Assembly: GCA_038326615.1 (NCBI GenBank) | Contig: JBBQKF010000001.1 | Coordinates: 13,472-77,471, forward strand | Source: Saccharofermentanales bacterium | GTDB taxonomy: Bacteria > Bacillota > Clostridia > Saccharofermentanales > UBA5734 | Length of the DNA stretch: 64,000 nucleotides | Direction: 5' to 3' | Part shown: piece by piece, positions 40,315 to 48,949 of the stretch | How the letters are laid out: the number at the start of each line of letters is the position of its first letter | How positions within the stretch are numbered: position 1 is the stretch's first letter | The notes under the pieces: model-generated | Database searches by the model: none | What the model was told of the DNA's origin: nothing | What the model saw: the letters and a program-made list of their open reading frames with translations, nothing else | Program-made: the position numbers and the translations under genes

Positions 40315-41529
40315 TTAACTTAGCATGCTCTGTCCGCCAGTTACAGGAATTGCCTGTCCTGTCTCATAAAGCTGTTCAACACAATAGAAAATCGCTCTTG
40401 AAACATCTTTTGGAGAGCAGCCTCTGCGTATGGGAGACTTTGCTAAATAGAAATTTTTAACATCATCAATTGTTTTTGCTCCTGGAACTTTTCCTGCCTT
40501 CAGATATTGTACAAAAAGGCCCTTTTCTGGGTCACTCCAAAGAGGACCTTCATAAAAATTACCTGGGCAGATTGAATTGACTTTGATATTGTCAGTAACT
40601 AGTTCAAGTGCAAAGCTTTGTGTAAGGCCAATTCCGCCGAATTTTCCGCCAGCATATGCAAAATTCTTGTTTGAACCTTCAAGTCCAGATTTTGAATTAA
40701 TCTGAACAATATCTGACCAGCTATCAGCATTTACAAGTGCTTGAACTTTCATAGGTCTTGCAGCGTATTTAGCGCAAAGGTAGTATGCGGTATAATTAAC
40801 TTTTGTTACAAATTCAAAGTTTGCCATTGTCATTTCTTCAAGCCCACCTGCTTTAAGAACCCCGGCATTGCTGACAAATACGTCAAGTCCGCCAAATTCA
40901 AGAACAGTTTTCTCAATCATTTCTCGAACAGAATCTTCGTCAGATACATTAACCTTAACTGCAATAGCACTTCCCTCGCCAAATTGTGCATTGATTTTGT
41001 CTGCACCAGTTTTTGCAAGTTCTTCATTAAGATCAGCAATTACCATGTATGATCCTTCGTTAACCATTTCTAAAGCAATACCTTCACCAAAGCCTTGTGC
41101 ACTGCCTGTTACAATAGCAATTTTGCCAGAAAGTCTTCCGCAGGGTGTGCAGCATTTCTCTGAATCAATATTGTATTTTTCGCCTTTGAGGAAACAATTT
41201 CTTGCATAATCAGCATCAGCTTTTGATTCTCCGATTATAAAAGTGCCTATCGACTCAACTGCAATAATTCTAAGGTCGGTGTTTATATTAAATTGATCTG
41301 TTATCCCGTTATAAATTGCTTCAAAACTTTCGTCGAATTCAATTATAACTCCATCCATTTCTGTAAGATCAAATTTCCTGTTTAAATCTTCTGCACTAAG
41401 AGTTTTGAATTCGTCAGTAAATACTACAACTGGGTAAATACCTTCTTTAGAGCAAAGCATTCTGACTGCAGGGGCTATTGCTGCTGCTGTTGTTATATCA
41501 CTTTGCACTTTATCTAAATAGTGTTTCAT
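40315..41529 (-). CDS. Short-chain dehydrogenase (sorbitol-6-phosphate dehydrogenase/SrlD-like) with an unassigned N-terminal domain of about 140 aa
   Basis: The C-terminal 260 aa follow E. coli SrlD as I recall it (VTGSAQGFG, QINSKSG, YAGGKFGGIGLTQSFALEL, PIRRGC, TGQAIPVTGGQSMLS). I recognise nothing in the N-terminal part. Start set at the ATG at 41529, after GGAGGG. Confidence 0.8.
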   Translation of the reverse strand: MKHYLDKVQSDITTAAAIAPAVRMLCSKEGIYPVVVFTDEFKTLSAEDLNRKFDLTEMDGVIIEFDESFEAIYNGITDQFNINTDLRIIAVESIGTFIIGESKADADYARNCFLKGEKYNIDSEKCCTPCGRLSGKIAIVTGSAQGFGEGIALEMVNEGSYMVIADLNEELAKTGADKINAQFGEGSAIAVKVNVSDEDSVREMIEKTVLEFGGLDVFVSNAGVLKAGGLEEMTMANFEFVTKVNYTAYYLCAKYAARPMKVQALVNADSWSDIVQINSKSGLEGSNKNFAYAGGKFGGIGLTQSFALELVTDNIKVNSICPGNFYEGPLWSDPEKGLFVQYLKAGKVPGAKTIDDVKNFYLAKSPIRRGCSPKDVSRAIFYCVEQLYETGQAIPVTGGQSMLS

Positions 41530-41687
41530 TTTTCCCTCCATAATTTAGCCATCCCAAAACCTGAATTTATTCAGATTCCTAATCTATTTGAAATTAATTT
41601 CAATCAATTATTTACCAATCAACTATTTGCCATTCAATTTGGAATTGAATCATTGAAAATGTTATTTAATTTAATAGTTTGTGGCTT

Positions 41688-41900
41688 GTACTAATGCGTT
41701 GTACTAGTGCGTTGTACTAGTGCGTTGTCTAGTGCGTTGTACTAGTGCGTTGTACTAGTGCGTTGTACTAGTGCGTTGTACTAGTGCGTTGTACTAGTGC
41801 GTTGTCTAGTGCGTTGTTCTAGTGCGTTGTACTAGTGCGTTGTTCTAGTGCGTTGTACTAGTGCGTTGTTCTAGTGCGTTGTACTAGTGCGTTGTACTAG
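41688..41900. repeat. 13-bp tandem repeat, 16 full copies plus a partial one (GTACTAGTGCGTT and variants)
   Basis: Counted unit by unit. Variants are gtctagtgcgtt (12 bp, twice), gttctagtgcgtt (three times) and gtactaatgcgtt (once). The final partial unit gtactag contains the TAG stop (41897-41899) of the upstream dehydrogenase gene. Confidence 0.97.
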
Positions 41901-43162
41901 ATGCTCTTTGCATTAGCAAGAAGATAAAGCTCTGCGTCATAACACCATAATCCATTATTTGCATCGGTTATGTCTGCAAGTTTTGCAAAGACAGGGTCAG
42001 TTTCACCTAATTTTCTAAAATCGGCTATTGCAGTCAATTGCATTGCAATTTGTGTATATATAAGTTTTTTGCCACCTGGGATTTTAGGGAGATTAAGTGT
42101 TGTATGAATAACTGCATCAAGGCCGCCAACATGTGTGATCATAGATGATGGATTGATTATTCCAGTTGACATCATATGAAGTGCTTCAATCATATCGTCT
42201 GTGTTTCCACCGCTATTGCCTGCAACGTGAGTTGCAATATAATGAACATTATAGAAATTAAACTCAGCGCTAAATGCTGTGTTTGTAGGACCGGCAAAGA
42301 AATTGAGGCATCCGTCCTGACCTAAGATTTTATCTCCTTGCTCAACAACTGGCTTAACTGGTGCATATACATAAACATCATCATAACCTTTATCATCTGT
42401 AAGTGATCTTAAGTATGCAGGCACATCTTCGTATTTTGAAGTATTGACATAAATAAGTTTAACACCATTTTTAGCTGCTTCTTCAACAGTATAAATTGAT
42501 GCTGCTCTTGCAAGTCTTGTCTCGTCAATATCAGTTACAACAAGCATTCCAGGTTTTCTGTTACAGTGAATAGCGTAATCTATAGCGCCAAGGCCCATAG
42601 GTCCTACACCTGCAAGAAGAGCCATGTTTCCACCTTCGACGATACCCATCTGATGTACATAACTACCAGGATTTGTATGGTAATTAACATGGAATCCACC
42701 TACGATACATGACATTGGTTCTGATAATGAACCGAAATAGAATGCTTCACCTACATAATTTAATAAACATCCGCGCTCCATAAATTTTGCGGGAATTACT
42801 ATATAAGTTGCAGCACCCCCGATATTATGAAATGAATAGCCTGGTGCTGCATAGATGTTTTCTGGATCGTTTATTGCTGGTTGGATTGAAAACTTAGCGC
42901 CAACTTTGAATTTATCGGCCCATTTTGCGCCAACTTGTACAAATTCTCCACAAAACTCATGACCAACAATTACAGGATTTGTTGCGATATCTTCTGGTAC
43001 TCTTTTGTGTTCTGCGCCCTGTTCTGCTGCTTTATAGGTTGACATACAAATGCTGTCAGAGATTATTTTCGCTAGTATCTCGTCGTCTTTAATCTGGGGA
43101 AGTTCAAATTCTTCCAGTCTTAGGTCTTCTTTTCCATACAATCTTACTGCTTTTGTTTTCAT
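41897..43162 (-). CDS. Zinc-dependent medium-chain dehydrogenase, long form (L-sorbose-1-phosphate reductase/SorE-like)
   Basis: About 421 aa. GHEFCGEFVQVG zinc-ligand block and a GVGPMGLGAIDYA Rossmann motif. The length matches the roughly 410-aa ketose-1-phosphate reductase subgroup rather than the roughly 345-aa ADHs. Start set at the ATG at 43162, after GGAGG. Confidence 0.8.
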   Translation of the reverse strand: MKTKAVRLYGKEDLRLEEFELPQIKDDEILAKIISDSICMSTYKAAEQGAEHKRVPEDIATNPVIVGHEFCGEFVQVGAKWADKFKVGAKFSIQPAINDPENIYAAPGYSFHNIGGAATYIVIPAKFMERGCLLNYVGEAFYFGSLSEPMSCIVGGFHVNYHTNPGSYVHQMGIVEGGNMALLAGVGPMGLGAIDYAIHCNRKPGMLVVTDIDETRLARAASIYTVEEAAKNGVKLIYVNTSKYEDVPAYLRSLTDDKGYDDVYVYAPVKPVVEQGDKILGQDGCLNFFAGPTNTAFSAEFNFYNVHYIATHVAGNSGGNTDDMIEALHMMSTGIINPSSMITHVGGLDAVIHTTLNLPKIPGGKKLIYTQIAMQLTAIADFRKLGETDPVFAKLADITDANNGLWCYDAELYLLANAKSI

Positions 43163-43398
43163 AATTTTTTCCTCCAAAAATTTTGTGTGTACTCTCAATT
43201 TTGTTTTATTTTTTTCTAACATTACTTACGTTTTTCATATTTCATTTTATTTCAATATTTTTACTCATTACACTCCACTGTTTTATAGTCGTTTAGAAAT
43301 TATTCCTGTTAAATGCTTTTTTAATTCTGGTTTTTCCTTAAGGCATGAAATATTATTATTTTAAAATACAAATATTATTGTTCAGTGGTGAAAATTTC

Positions 43399-44157
43399 TT
43401 AAATAACGGTAACTCTTGCTTGCTTTGCAGCTTTAAGATATTCATGTGAAAGTGGATTATCCGTTATAAGAATATCGACATCTCCTAGTTTAGCGAATGT
43501 GTAAGGCATTCCGCAGTCAACCTTAGAGGCGTCCATTAACATAACAGTTGTCTGAGCCTTCTTGATAATAAGGCGTTTAATTTCTGCTTCAAAATAATCA
43601 CCACATGTAAATCCGCTATTAAGCGAAAACGCACTCGCAGCCATAAATGCAATATCAATATTTAACGATTTAATATACTCAGTTGCATTATATCCTGATA
43701 AAGAAAGTGTGTCTCTATTAAGCTGACCGCCTGTAAGGCTAACTCTGACGTTGTGATATTTAATTAATTCCATTGCAATGTTCGGGGCTGAAGTTAACAC
43801 AAATAGATTTTCATCATTTAACTTTTGTGCAAAACACATTCCTGTTGTTCCAGAATCAATAAATAATGATCTGCCAGCAGTAACAAATTTGGATGCTTTC
43901 TCAGCTATAATCATTTTTGCTTCGGTGTTTTCACCTACGCGCTGAGTATATGCTGCTTCTTTAAGCATAGAAAGATGTGCTATTGATTTAGCGCCGCCAC
44001 GTGTTCTAACAATTTCACCACGCTGTTCAAGATACTCAAGATCACGACGGATTGTCATGCTTGATACATCAGGCAAAAGATTCTCAAGTTCAACGAATCG
44101 AACTTCGCCTTTTGACTGAATATAAAGATTAATTACTTCTCTTCTGTTTGTTGACAC
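43399..44157 (-). CDS. DeoR-family transcriptional regulator
   Basis: 252 aa. N-terminal HTH (VSSMTIRRDLEYLEQRGEIVRTRGGA) plus a DeoR C-terminal sugar-phosphate sensor domain. GTG start preceded by AAGGAGGGG. Confidence 0.9.
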   Translation of the reverse strand: MSTNRREVINLYIQSKGEVRFVELENLLPDVSSMTIRRDLEYLEQRGEIVRTRGGAKSIAHLSMLKEAAYTQRVGENTEAKMIIAEKASKFVTAGRSLFIDSGTTGMCFAQKLNDENLFVLTSAPNIAMELIKYHNVRVSLTGGQLNRDTLSLSGYNATEYIKSLNIDIAFMAASAFSLNSGFTCGDYFEAEIKRLIIKKAQTTVMLMDASKVDCGMPYTFAKLGDVDILITDNPLSHEYLKAAKQARVTVI

Positions 44158-44193
44158 AATACCCCTCCTTTGAATATTATTTATACCTTATTT

Positions 44194-44271
44194 AAACGTT
44201 ATATAAATGTTCTTTTAATGTTCTTTTAATGTTGTTTAAGCGTTATTTAAATGTTATATTAATGTTTGAAA
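44194..44271. repeat. 11-bp-phased array of about 7 AA(T/C)GTT units upstream of the DeoR gene
   Basis: aaacgttatat aaatgttctttt... with aatgttctttt exact twice (44206-44216 and 44217-44227), then aatgttgttta, agcgttattta, aatgttatatt, aatgtttgaaa. Confidence 0.8.
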
Positions 44272-44438
44272 CTAACATTCTTTTGTTACTAATTAACATT
44301 AATACTATTTTATCACATTTCTTTGTTACTTTGCAACATGCTAATTGTAAATATTTGGTTATGTTTTTAAATATTTTTATGATATATTAGTAAATAATAG
44401 ATACACAAATTTATAATCTGATATAATGCTAAGTAGTT

Positions 44439-44502
44439 AGTATTAAGCATTTTAAAGATAAGTTTTAGTATTAAGTATTTAAGATAGTTTTAATATTAAG
44501 TT
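44439..44502. repeat. Tandem repeat of about 26 bp, x2.4 (agtattaagYattt(ta)aagata(a)gtttt)
   Basis: Copies at 44439-44466 and 44467-44491, plus a partial one at 44492-44502. Located 40-100 bp upstream of the hydrolase gene. Confidence 0.8.
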
Positions 44503-44541
44503 ATAATAGACTATTATAAAATTAGCAGGAGGTTTTGATTA

Positions 44542-45285
44542 ATGGCTATGCGCAAGTTTTCTAAGAAAAAGAAAATACTTTTGGGAATTCTTATTCTGAT
44601 AATTTTATTTTTTACATTTGTTATAAAATATTTACTTGAATACTCACCTGTAACAACTTCTGAGCTCAGTGCTGCTACATTAAACCAAAGTAATTTCAAA
44701 ATGCAACAAAACTCAGGTATCACTAAACTTACACCAGTTTCAAATACAACAACAGGTGTAATTTTTTATCCTGGTGGAAAAGTTGATGAGAAAGCATACA
44801 TCCCGCTTCTTGCAAAGCTTGCCAGTAAAAATTTGCTCGTAGTAGTTGTAAAAATGCCTTTTCATCTTGCTGTATTTGATATAAACGCCGCAGATAAAGT
44901 ATTAAAAGCATTTCCAGATATAAAGACTTGGTATATTGCCGGACATTCTCTTGGAGGATCAATGGCGAGCATTTATGTTGAGAAAAACGCGGCGAAATTC
45001 AAAGGGCTAATATTACTTGCCAGCTACAGTACCGCAAACTTATCAAAAAGCGAACTAAAAGTACTTGATATATACGGAAGCGAAGATCATGTACTTAATC
45101 AGGCAAATCTTCTTAAATATAAGTCAAATCTTCCAGATACTACGATAACATCAATTATCGAAGGCGGGAATCATGGATATTTTGGATCATATGGTGAACA
45201 AAAAGGAGATGGAGTTGCAACAATTGCCAGAGACGCACAGCAAGACAAAACTGCGTCTTTGATATTAGATTTTTTAGCGAAGTAA
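44542..45285 (+). CDS. Membrane-anchored alpha/beta hydrolase
   Basis: 247 aa. N-terminal TM anchor and a GHSLGG nucleophile elbow. Strong RBS (AGGAGG). Confidence 0.75.
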   Translation: MAMRKFSKKKKILLGILILIILFFTFVIKYLLEYSPVTTSELSAATLNQSNFKMQQNSGITKLTPVSNTTTGVIFYPGGKVDEKAYIPLLAKLASKNLLVVVVKMPFHLAVFDINAADKVLKAFPDIKTWYIAGHSLGGSMASIYVEKNAAKFKGLILLASYSTANLSKSELKVLDIYGSEDHVLNQANLLKYKSNLPDTTITSIIEGGNHGYFGSYGEQKGDGVATIARDAQQDKTASLILDFLAK

Positions 45286-45443
45286 AATTAATTTACAATT
45301 TGAAAAGTGTCATTTTCATTTCTTAAGTCATGATGTAAATTAATAAATAAGGCTCATGTCAAGCAGTACCGTCAAATTTTGATTCTTTCATGAGACGGAA
45401 TAAATATAAAAATCTAGATAAATAAATTTATAAATGTATATAT

Positions 45444-45473
45444 TGATAGATAGATAGATAGATAGATAGATAG
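45444..45473. repeat. (GATA)7 tetranucleotide repeat 33 bp upstream of the GNAT gene
   Basis: gatagatagatagatagatagatagataga, counted directly. Confidence 0.97.
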
Positions 45474-45505
45474 AATGATTAAATGAAGAGGCTGATGTAT
45501 ATAAT

Positions 45506-46825
45506 ATGGAGAACAACGAACAAAGTCATGCACAAATTGAATCGGATAATACTTTAGATTTCGGAGCACTAACTATCAGAATGGCTACAAGTGATGACTT
45601 TGTGAGCTTTATGAGGCTTTGGAGAATTTGTTTTAAGGACGCCGACACTTTTGTTGATTGGTTTTTTGATAATCGTTTTTTACCTGAATACAGTGTGTGC
45701 ATCGAGAAAGACGGAGAAATTATCTGTGCGATGCAATCAATGCCATTACCTATTTATATACGTGAAATTTCTTTTCCTGGAGCAATAGTTGCTGGTGTTT
45801 GCACTATGCCCGAGTATCGCGGTCATCACCTAATGAAAAGAATGTTCACATTTTATCTAGAGAAAATGCGTGAAAAAGGAATTATAGCAATTACGTACAG
45901 ACCTGAAAATTTCAATACTTACCATTCATTAGGGCATTTTGCATCGTCAAGAACAATACATTTTGACATGAAAATTAAAAAGGCAGTGAAAAGTGCTAAT
46001 GCTGTGGGATTTTGCAGATCTAAACTGTACAACAATAAATTTGATTACAAATTATGCCCTATTGATTTATTAACAAAATCAGATCTCTTAAGATGCTATG
46101 ATCTTTATACTTCCGTTTCTACTCTATATTCAGGTATGGTAAAAAGAGATTTTGACCTTTTCAAATTCAAGTCCGAAGATTACGCATGTGTTGGCGGTGA
46201 GGCATTATTACTTTTTCATAATTCTGACCTTACAGGATATTGTTTCTTTTTCGATATGAAAAGCAAAATTTACGGAGAAGAATTGATTTCTTGGGACTTA
46301 CAATCCACATCTGAAATAATCAATATATTCAGCCAAATTTTTACCAGCAGAAACTTGTTTATGAAAATCCCAAGTATATTTACGGAATTTCTAAGCCAGA
46401 ATCAGCAAAAATCATTGCTATCTAATGAAATAATGGTAAATGAAATCAGATTTACATTAGATCCACAAAATGTTTTAGGGATTACAAAAATCGAACCATT
46501 TATTCAAACTCTCAATCTAAAACGGTTTGCAAATGCAAGTTTGCTTAGTGAGATAATTATTGAAATTGATGATCCTGTTTTAACAGAGAATTCTGTCATA
46601 ATTAATTTACTTGGCAAAAAAACCGCTGGAAATCCATGCATCAAAATAGCTATAGGTTCTTTAATGCAAATTTTATGTGGATACACAGACCTTGTAAGCA
46701 TTATTGAAAACGAAATTAAAATGTCTCCAAACGATACTACAGTTATGGTTTTTGATGAATCAAAAATCCTCAAAATAAATGAATTCCTTCGTCCTGTAAA
46801 CTGTTTTGTAGTTGACGAATACTAA
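45506..46825 (+). CDS. Eis-like GNAT N-acetyltransferase (GNAT domains plus a C-terminal SCP2-like region)
   Basis: 439 aa. Acetyl-CoA motif region VCTMPEYRGHHLMKRMF. The length and overall layout resemble Eis-family enzymes; the family assignment is by recollection only. Confidence 0.65.
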   Translation: MENNEQSHAQIESDNTLDFGALTIRMATSDDFVSFMRLWRICFKDADTFVDWFFDNRFLPEYSVCIEKDGEIICAMQSMPLPIYIREISFPGAIVAGVCTMPEYRGHHLMKRMFTFYLEKMREKGIIAITYRPENFNTYHSLGHFASSRTIHFDMKIKKAVKSANAVGFCRSKLYNNKFDYKLCPIDLLTKSDLLRCYDLYTSVSTLYSGMVKRDFDLFKFKSEDYACVGGEALLLFHNSDLTGYCFFFDMKSKIYGEELISWDLQSTSEIINIFSQIFTSRNLFMKIPSIFTEFLSQNQQKSLLSNEIMVNEIRFTLDPQNVLGITKIEPFIQTLNLKRFANASLLSEIIIEIDDPVLTENSVIINLLGKKTAGNPCIKIAIGSLMQILCGYTDLVSIIENEIKMSPNDTTVMVFDESKILKINEFLRPVNCFVVDEY

Positions 46826-46857
46826 TACCTTGTAGCATCTAAAACAATTGTGCTGGA

Positions 46858-48036
46858 CTAGTCTTTTCCAGGAAGATAATCATGGTCAACTGTTATAACC
46901 GCATAATATGAAGGATCAATTTTTGCAATTTCTTTTGATATCATTGATTTAAGTTCTTCATCACACCAAATAAACCCAAAAGGAACAACTACATCAAATA
47001 TAAGATTTGAATGGGTTACTCCCCATACTGCACGAAAATCGTGAACACTTATTTGAGGGGAAATCAATGTAATTTCTTCGATGATTTTATTTTTAAGATT
47101 GCTTGTTTTTTCGTCACTTGTAACAACTGGGTCAAGATGAATTACAATTTTGATTCCTTGTTCATTTAAAAAATTTCTTTCGATGTTGTCAATTATGTCA
47201 TGACTTACCATGATGTCCTGCTCTGCAGCAACTTCACAATGAACTGATGCGAAATATTGTCCATTTCCATAACTGTGAACTGTAAGATCATGAAGACCTA
47301 TAATATTATCATATGTTAAAATCTTCTTGTAAATTGAATCTACAAATTCTTTAGATGGCGCCGTTCCAAGAAGAGGACTTGATGTGTCCATTACAAGTCT
47401 TATTCCCGAAATTATAATTATTATGGCAACAATTGTCCCCATGTAGCCGTCAAAATTAAAGCCAATTACTTGTGAAAGAATAGTCGAAATCAACACACCT
47501 GATGTTGCGATAATATCATTACGACTATCAATTGATGTTGCAATCAGGGTTGTTGAATGAATCAGTTTACCGATCTTTCTATAAAACAAACATTGCCAAA
47601 GCTTTATTCCGATTGCTATTAAAAGAACAGCAATTGATAAAAAACTAAATTCCGTTACTTGTGGCGTAATGATTTTCTCTACTGAACTTTTAATCAGTTG
47701 GAATCCTAAAACCAAAATTATCAATGATACTACAAGTCCTGAAATATATTCCATTCTTGCATGACCATAGGGATGCTTCTCGTCTGCTGGTTTGCCAGAC
47801 ATTTTAAATCCAAACAAAGTCACAAGTGATGATCCCGAATCCGACAAGTTATTAACAGCATCAGCAGTTATTGAAATACTATTAAATAATAATCCAGCAG
47901 TAATTTTAATAAGAAACAAGAAAAAATTGGAAATAATCCCAATAAGTCCTGCAAGTTTTCCATATTGCTCTCTGACCTGCGAATTAGAGACATTGTCGTT
48001 TCTCTTTATAAATAATTTGATCAAAAAGTTTGTCAA
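46858..48036 (-). CDS. Cation diffusion facilitator (CDF) family metal efflux transporter
   Basis: 392 aa. Six TM helices, with the TM2 motif SISITADAVNNLSD and HPYGHARMEY. TTG start preceded by GAGGA. Confidence 0.9.
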   Translation of the reverse strand: MTNFLIKLFIKRNDNVSNSQVREQYGKLAGLIGIISNFFLFLIKITAGLLFNSISITADAVNNLSDSGSSLVTLFGFKMSGKPADEKHPYGHARMEYISGLVVSLIILVLGFQLIKSSVEKIITPQVTEFSFLSIAVLLIAIGIKLWQCLFYRKIGKLIHSTTLIATSIDSRNDIIATSGVLISTILSQVIGFNFDGYMGTIVAIIIIISGIRLVMDTSSPLLGTAPSKEFVDSIYKKILTYDNIIGLHDLTVHSYGNGQYFASVHCEVAAEQDIMVSHDIIDNIERNFLNEQGIKIVIHLDPVVTSDEKTSNLKNKIIEEITLISPQISVHDFRAVWGVTHSNLIFDVVVPFGFIWCDEELKSMISKEIAKIDPSYYAVITVDHDYLPGKD

Positions 48037-48191
48037 AATCAGTCCTCAACTTTTCTCGTTAATTTGTATGTTTTTTACAACCCGAAAAATTTATATTTTC
48101 ATTCTTAATGCGTAAGGTTCTGTAAAAGCAAATTAATTTATTTCTAAAAAATAGTATAAATAACATTCAGAAATTAATACTTGTTAAATGA

Positions 48192-48638
48192 TTAATTCAT
48201 CGGCTCTTCTATTATTTTCTTTAAAGAAATAGCAAAGTTATCGTCTTCTTCTTTTGTGCGCTTAGAAGGACGCTTTGACCGCATACCCATATGTCTTGTT
48301 TTTTGGCTGTAGTACCTTTCATTAAGCAAATTTTCAATATTATATTTCGTATAAATCAATCCGCTTTGATGAATTACCATTGCCTTCTTTGATAAAGCAA
48401 TGGCAGCAACTCCATAATCTTGAGTTACAACAATGTCTCCTGGACATACTTTAGCTATCAATTTAAAATCGACACTGTCCCTGCCCTGATCTACAACAAC
48501 AACCTCACTATAGCCGTCATTGATTTCATGATTCACATCAACAAACATCATAACATTCATTTTATAATTGCGTGCAAAATCAACAATTATAGATTTAACT
48601 GGGCAAGCATCCGCATCGACAAGGATTTTTCTGCTCAT
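48192..48638 (-). CDS. YaiI/YqxD family protein (DUF188/UPF0178)
   Basis: 148 aa. ILVDADACPVK N-terminus and VTQDYGVAA block. Confidence 0.85.
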   Translation of the reverse strand: MSRKILVDADACPVKSIIVDFARNYKMNVMMFVDVNHEINDGYSEVVVVDQGRDSVDFKLIAKVCPGDIVVTQDYGVAAIALSKKAMVIHQSGLIYTKYNIENLLNERYYSQKTRHMGMRSKRPSKRTKEEDDNFAISLKKIIEEPMN

Positions 48639-48949
48639 TTTGAAATCTCTATCTTAACTTCCTTAGGTAATGCTATTTCACATGCTATTTCAACTGCTTT
48701 AAGAATTCCTGTAGGGACAGGGCACGCTGCGTGTTTACAGTATTTACGGCACCAGTCAAAGACTTCACCTTCTCCGATTTTACCAAAACATTCAACAAAA
48801 CAATCTACCTCAATTGGATCGCCTTCCATCGCCTTAAGACTTGGACAATTTGTTTGGATTTTTATATTTGCCATCTGTAAATCTTCACTCTCAACATTAA
48901 CAATAGTAGTAAATCCACAAATACCTGCATTAATTTTTGCTGTAGACAT
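48635..48949 (-). CDS. Cysteine-rich small protein, putative metal or Fe-S binding
   Basis: 104 aa with 9 Cys, including DCFVEC and WCRKYCKHAAC. Its stop overlaps the YaiI start by 4 nt. No family recognised. Confidence 0.55.
   Translation of the reverse strand: MSTAKINAGICGFTTIVNVESEDLQMANIKIQTNCPSLKAMEGDPIEVDCFVECFGKIGEGEVFDWCRKYCKHAACPVPTGILKAVEIACEIALPKEVKIEISK

Noticed and set aside
41688-41900. Possible CRISPR array (also considered for 20272-20418 and 36770-36905)
   Set aside because: The repeats are directly abutting with no unique spacers, the units (7-31 bp) are too short, and there are no cas genes. These are simple tandem repeats.
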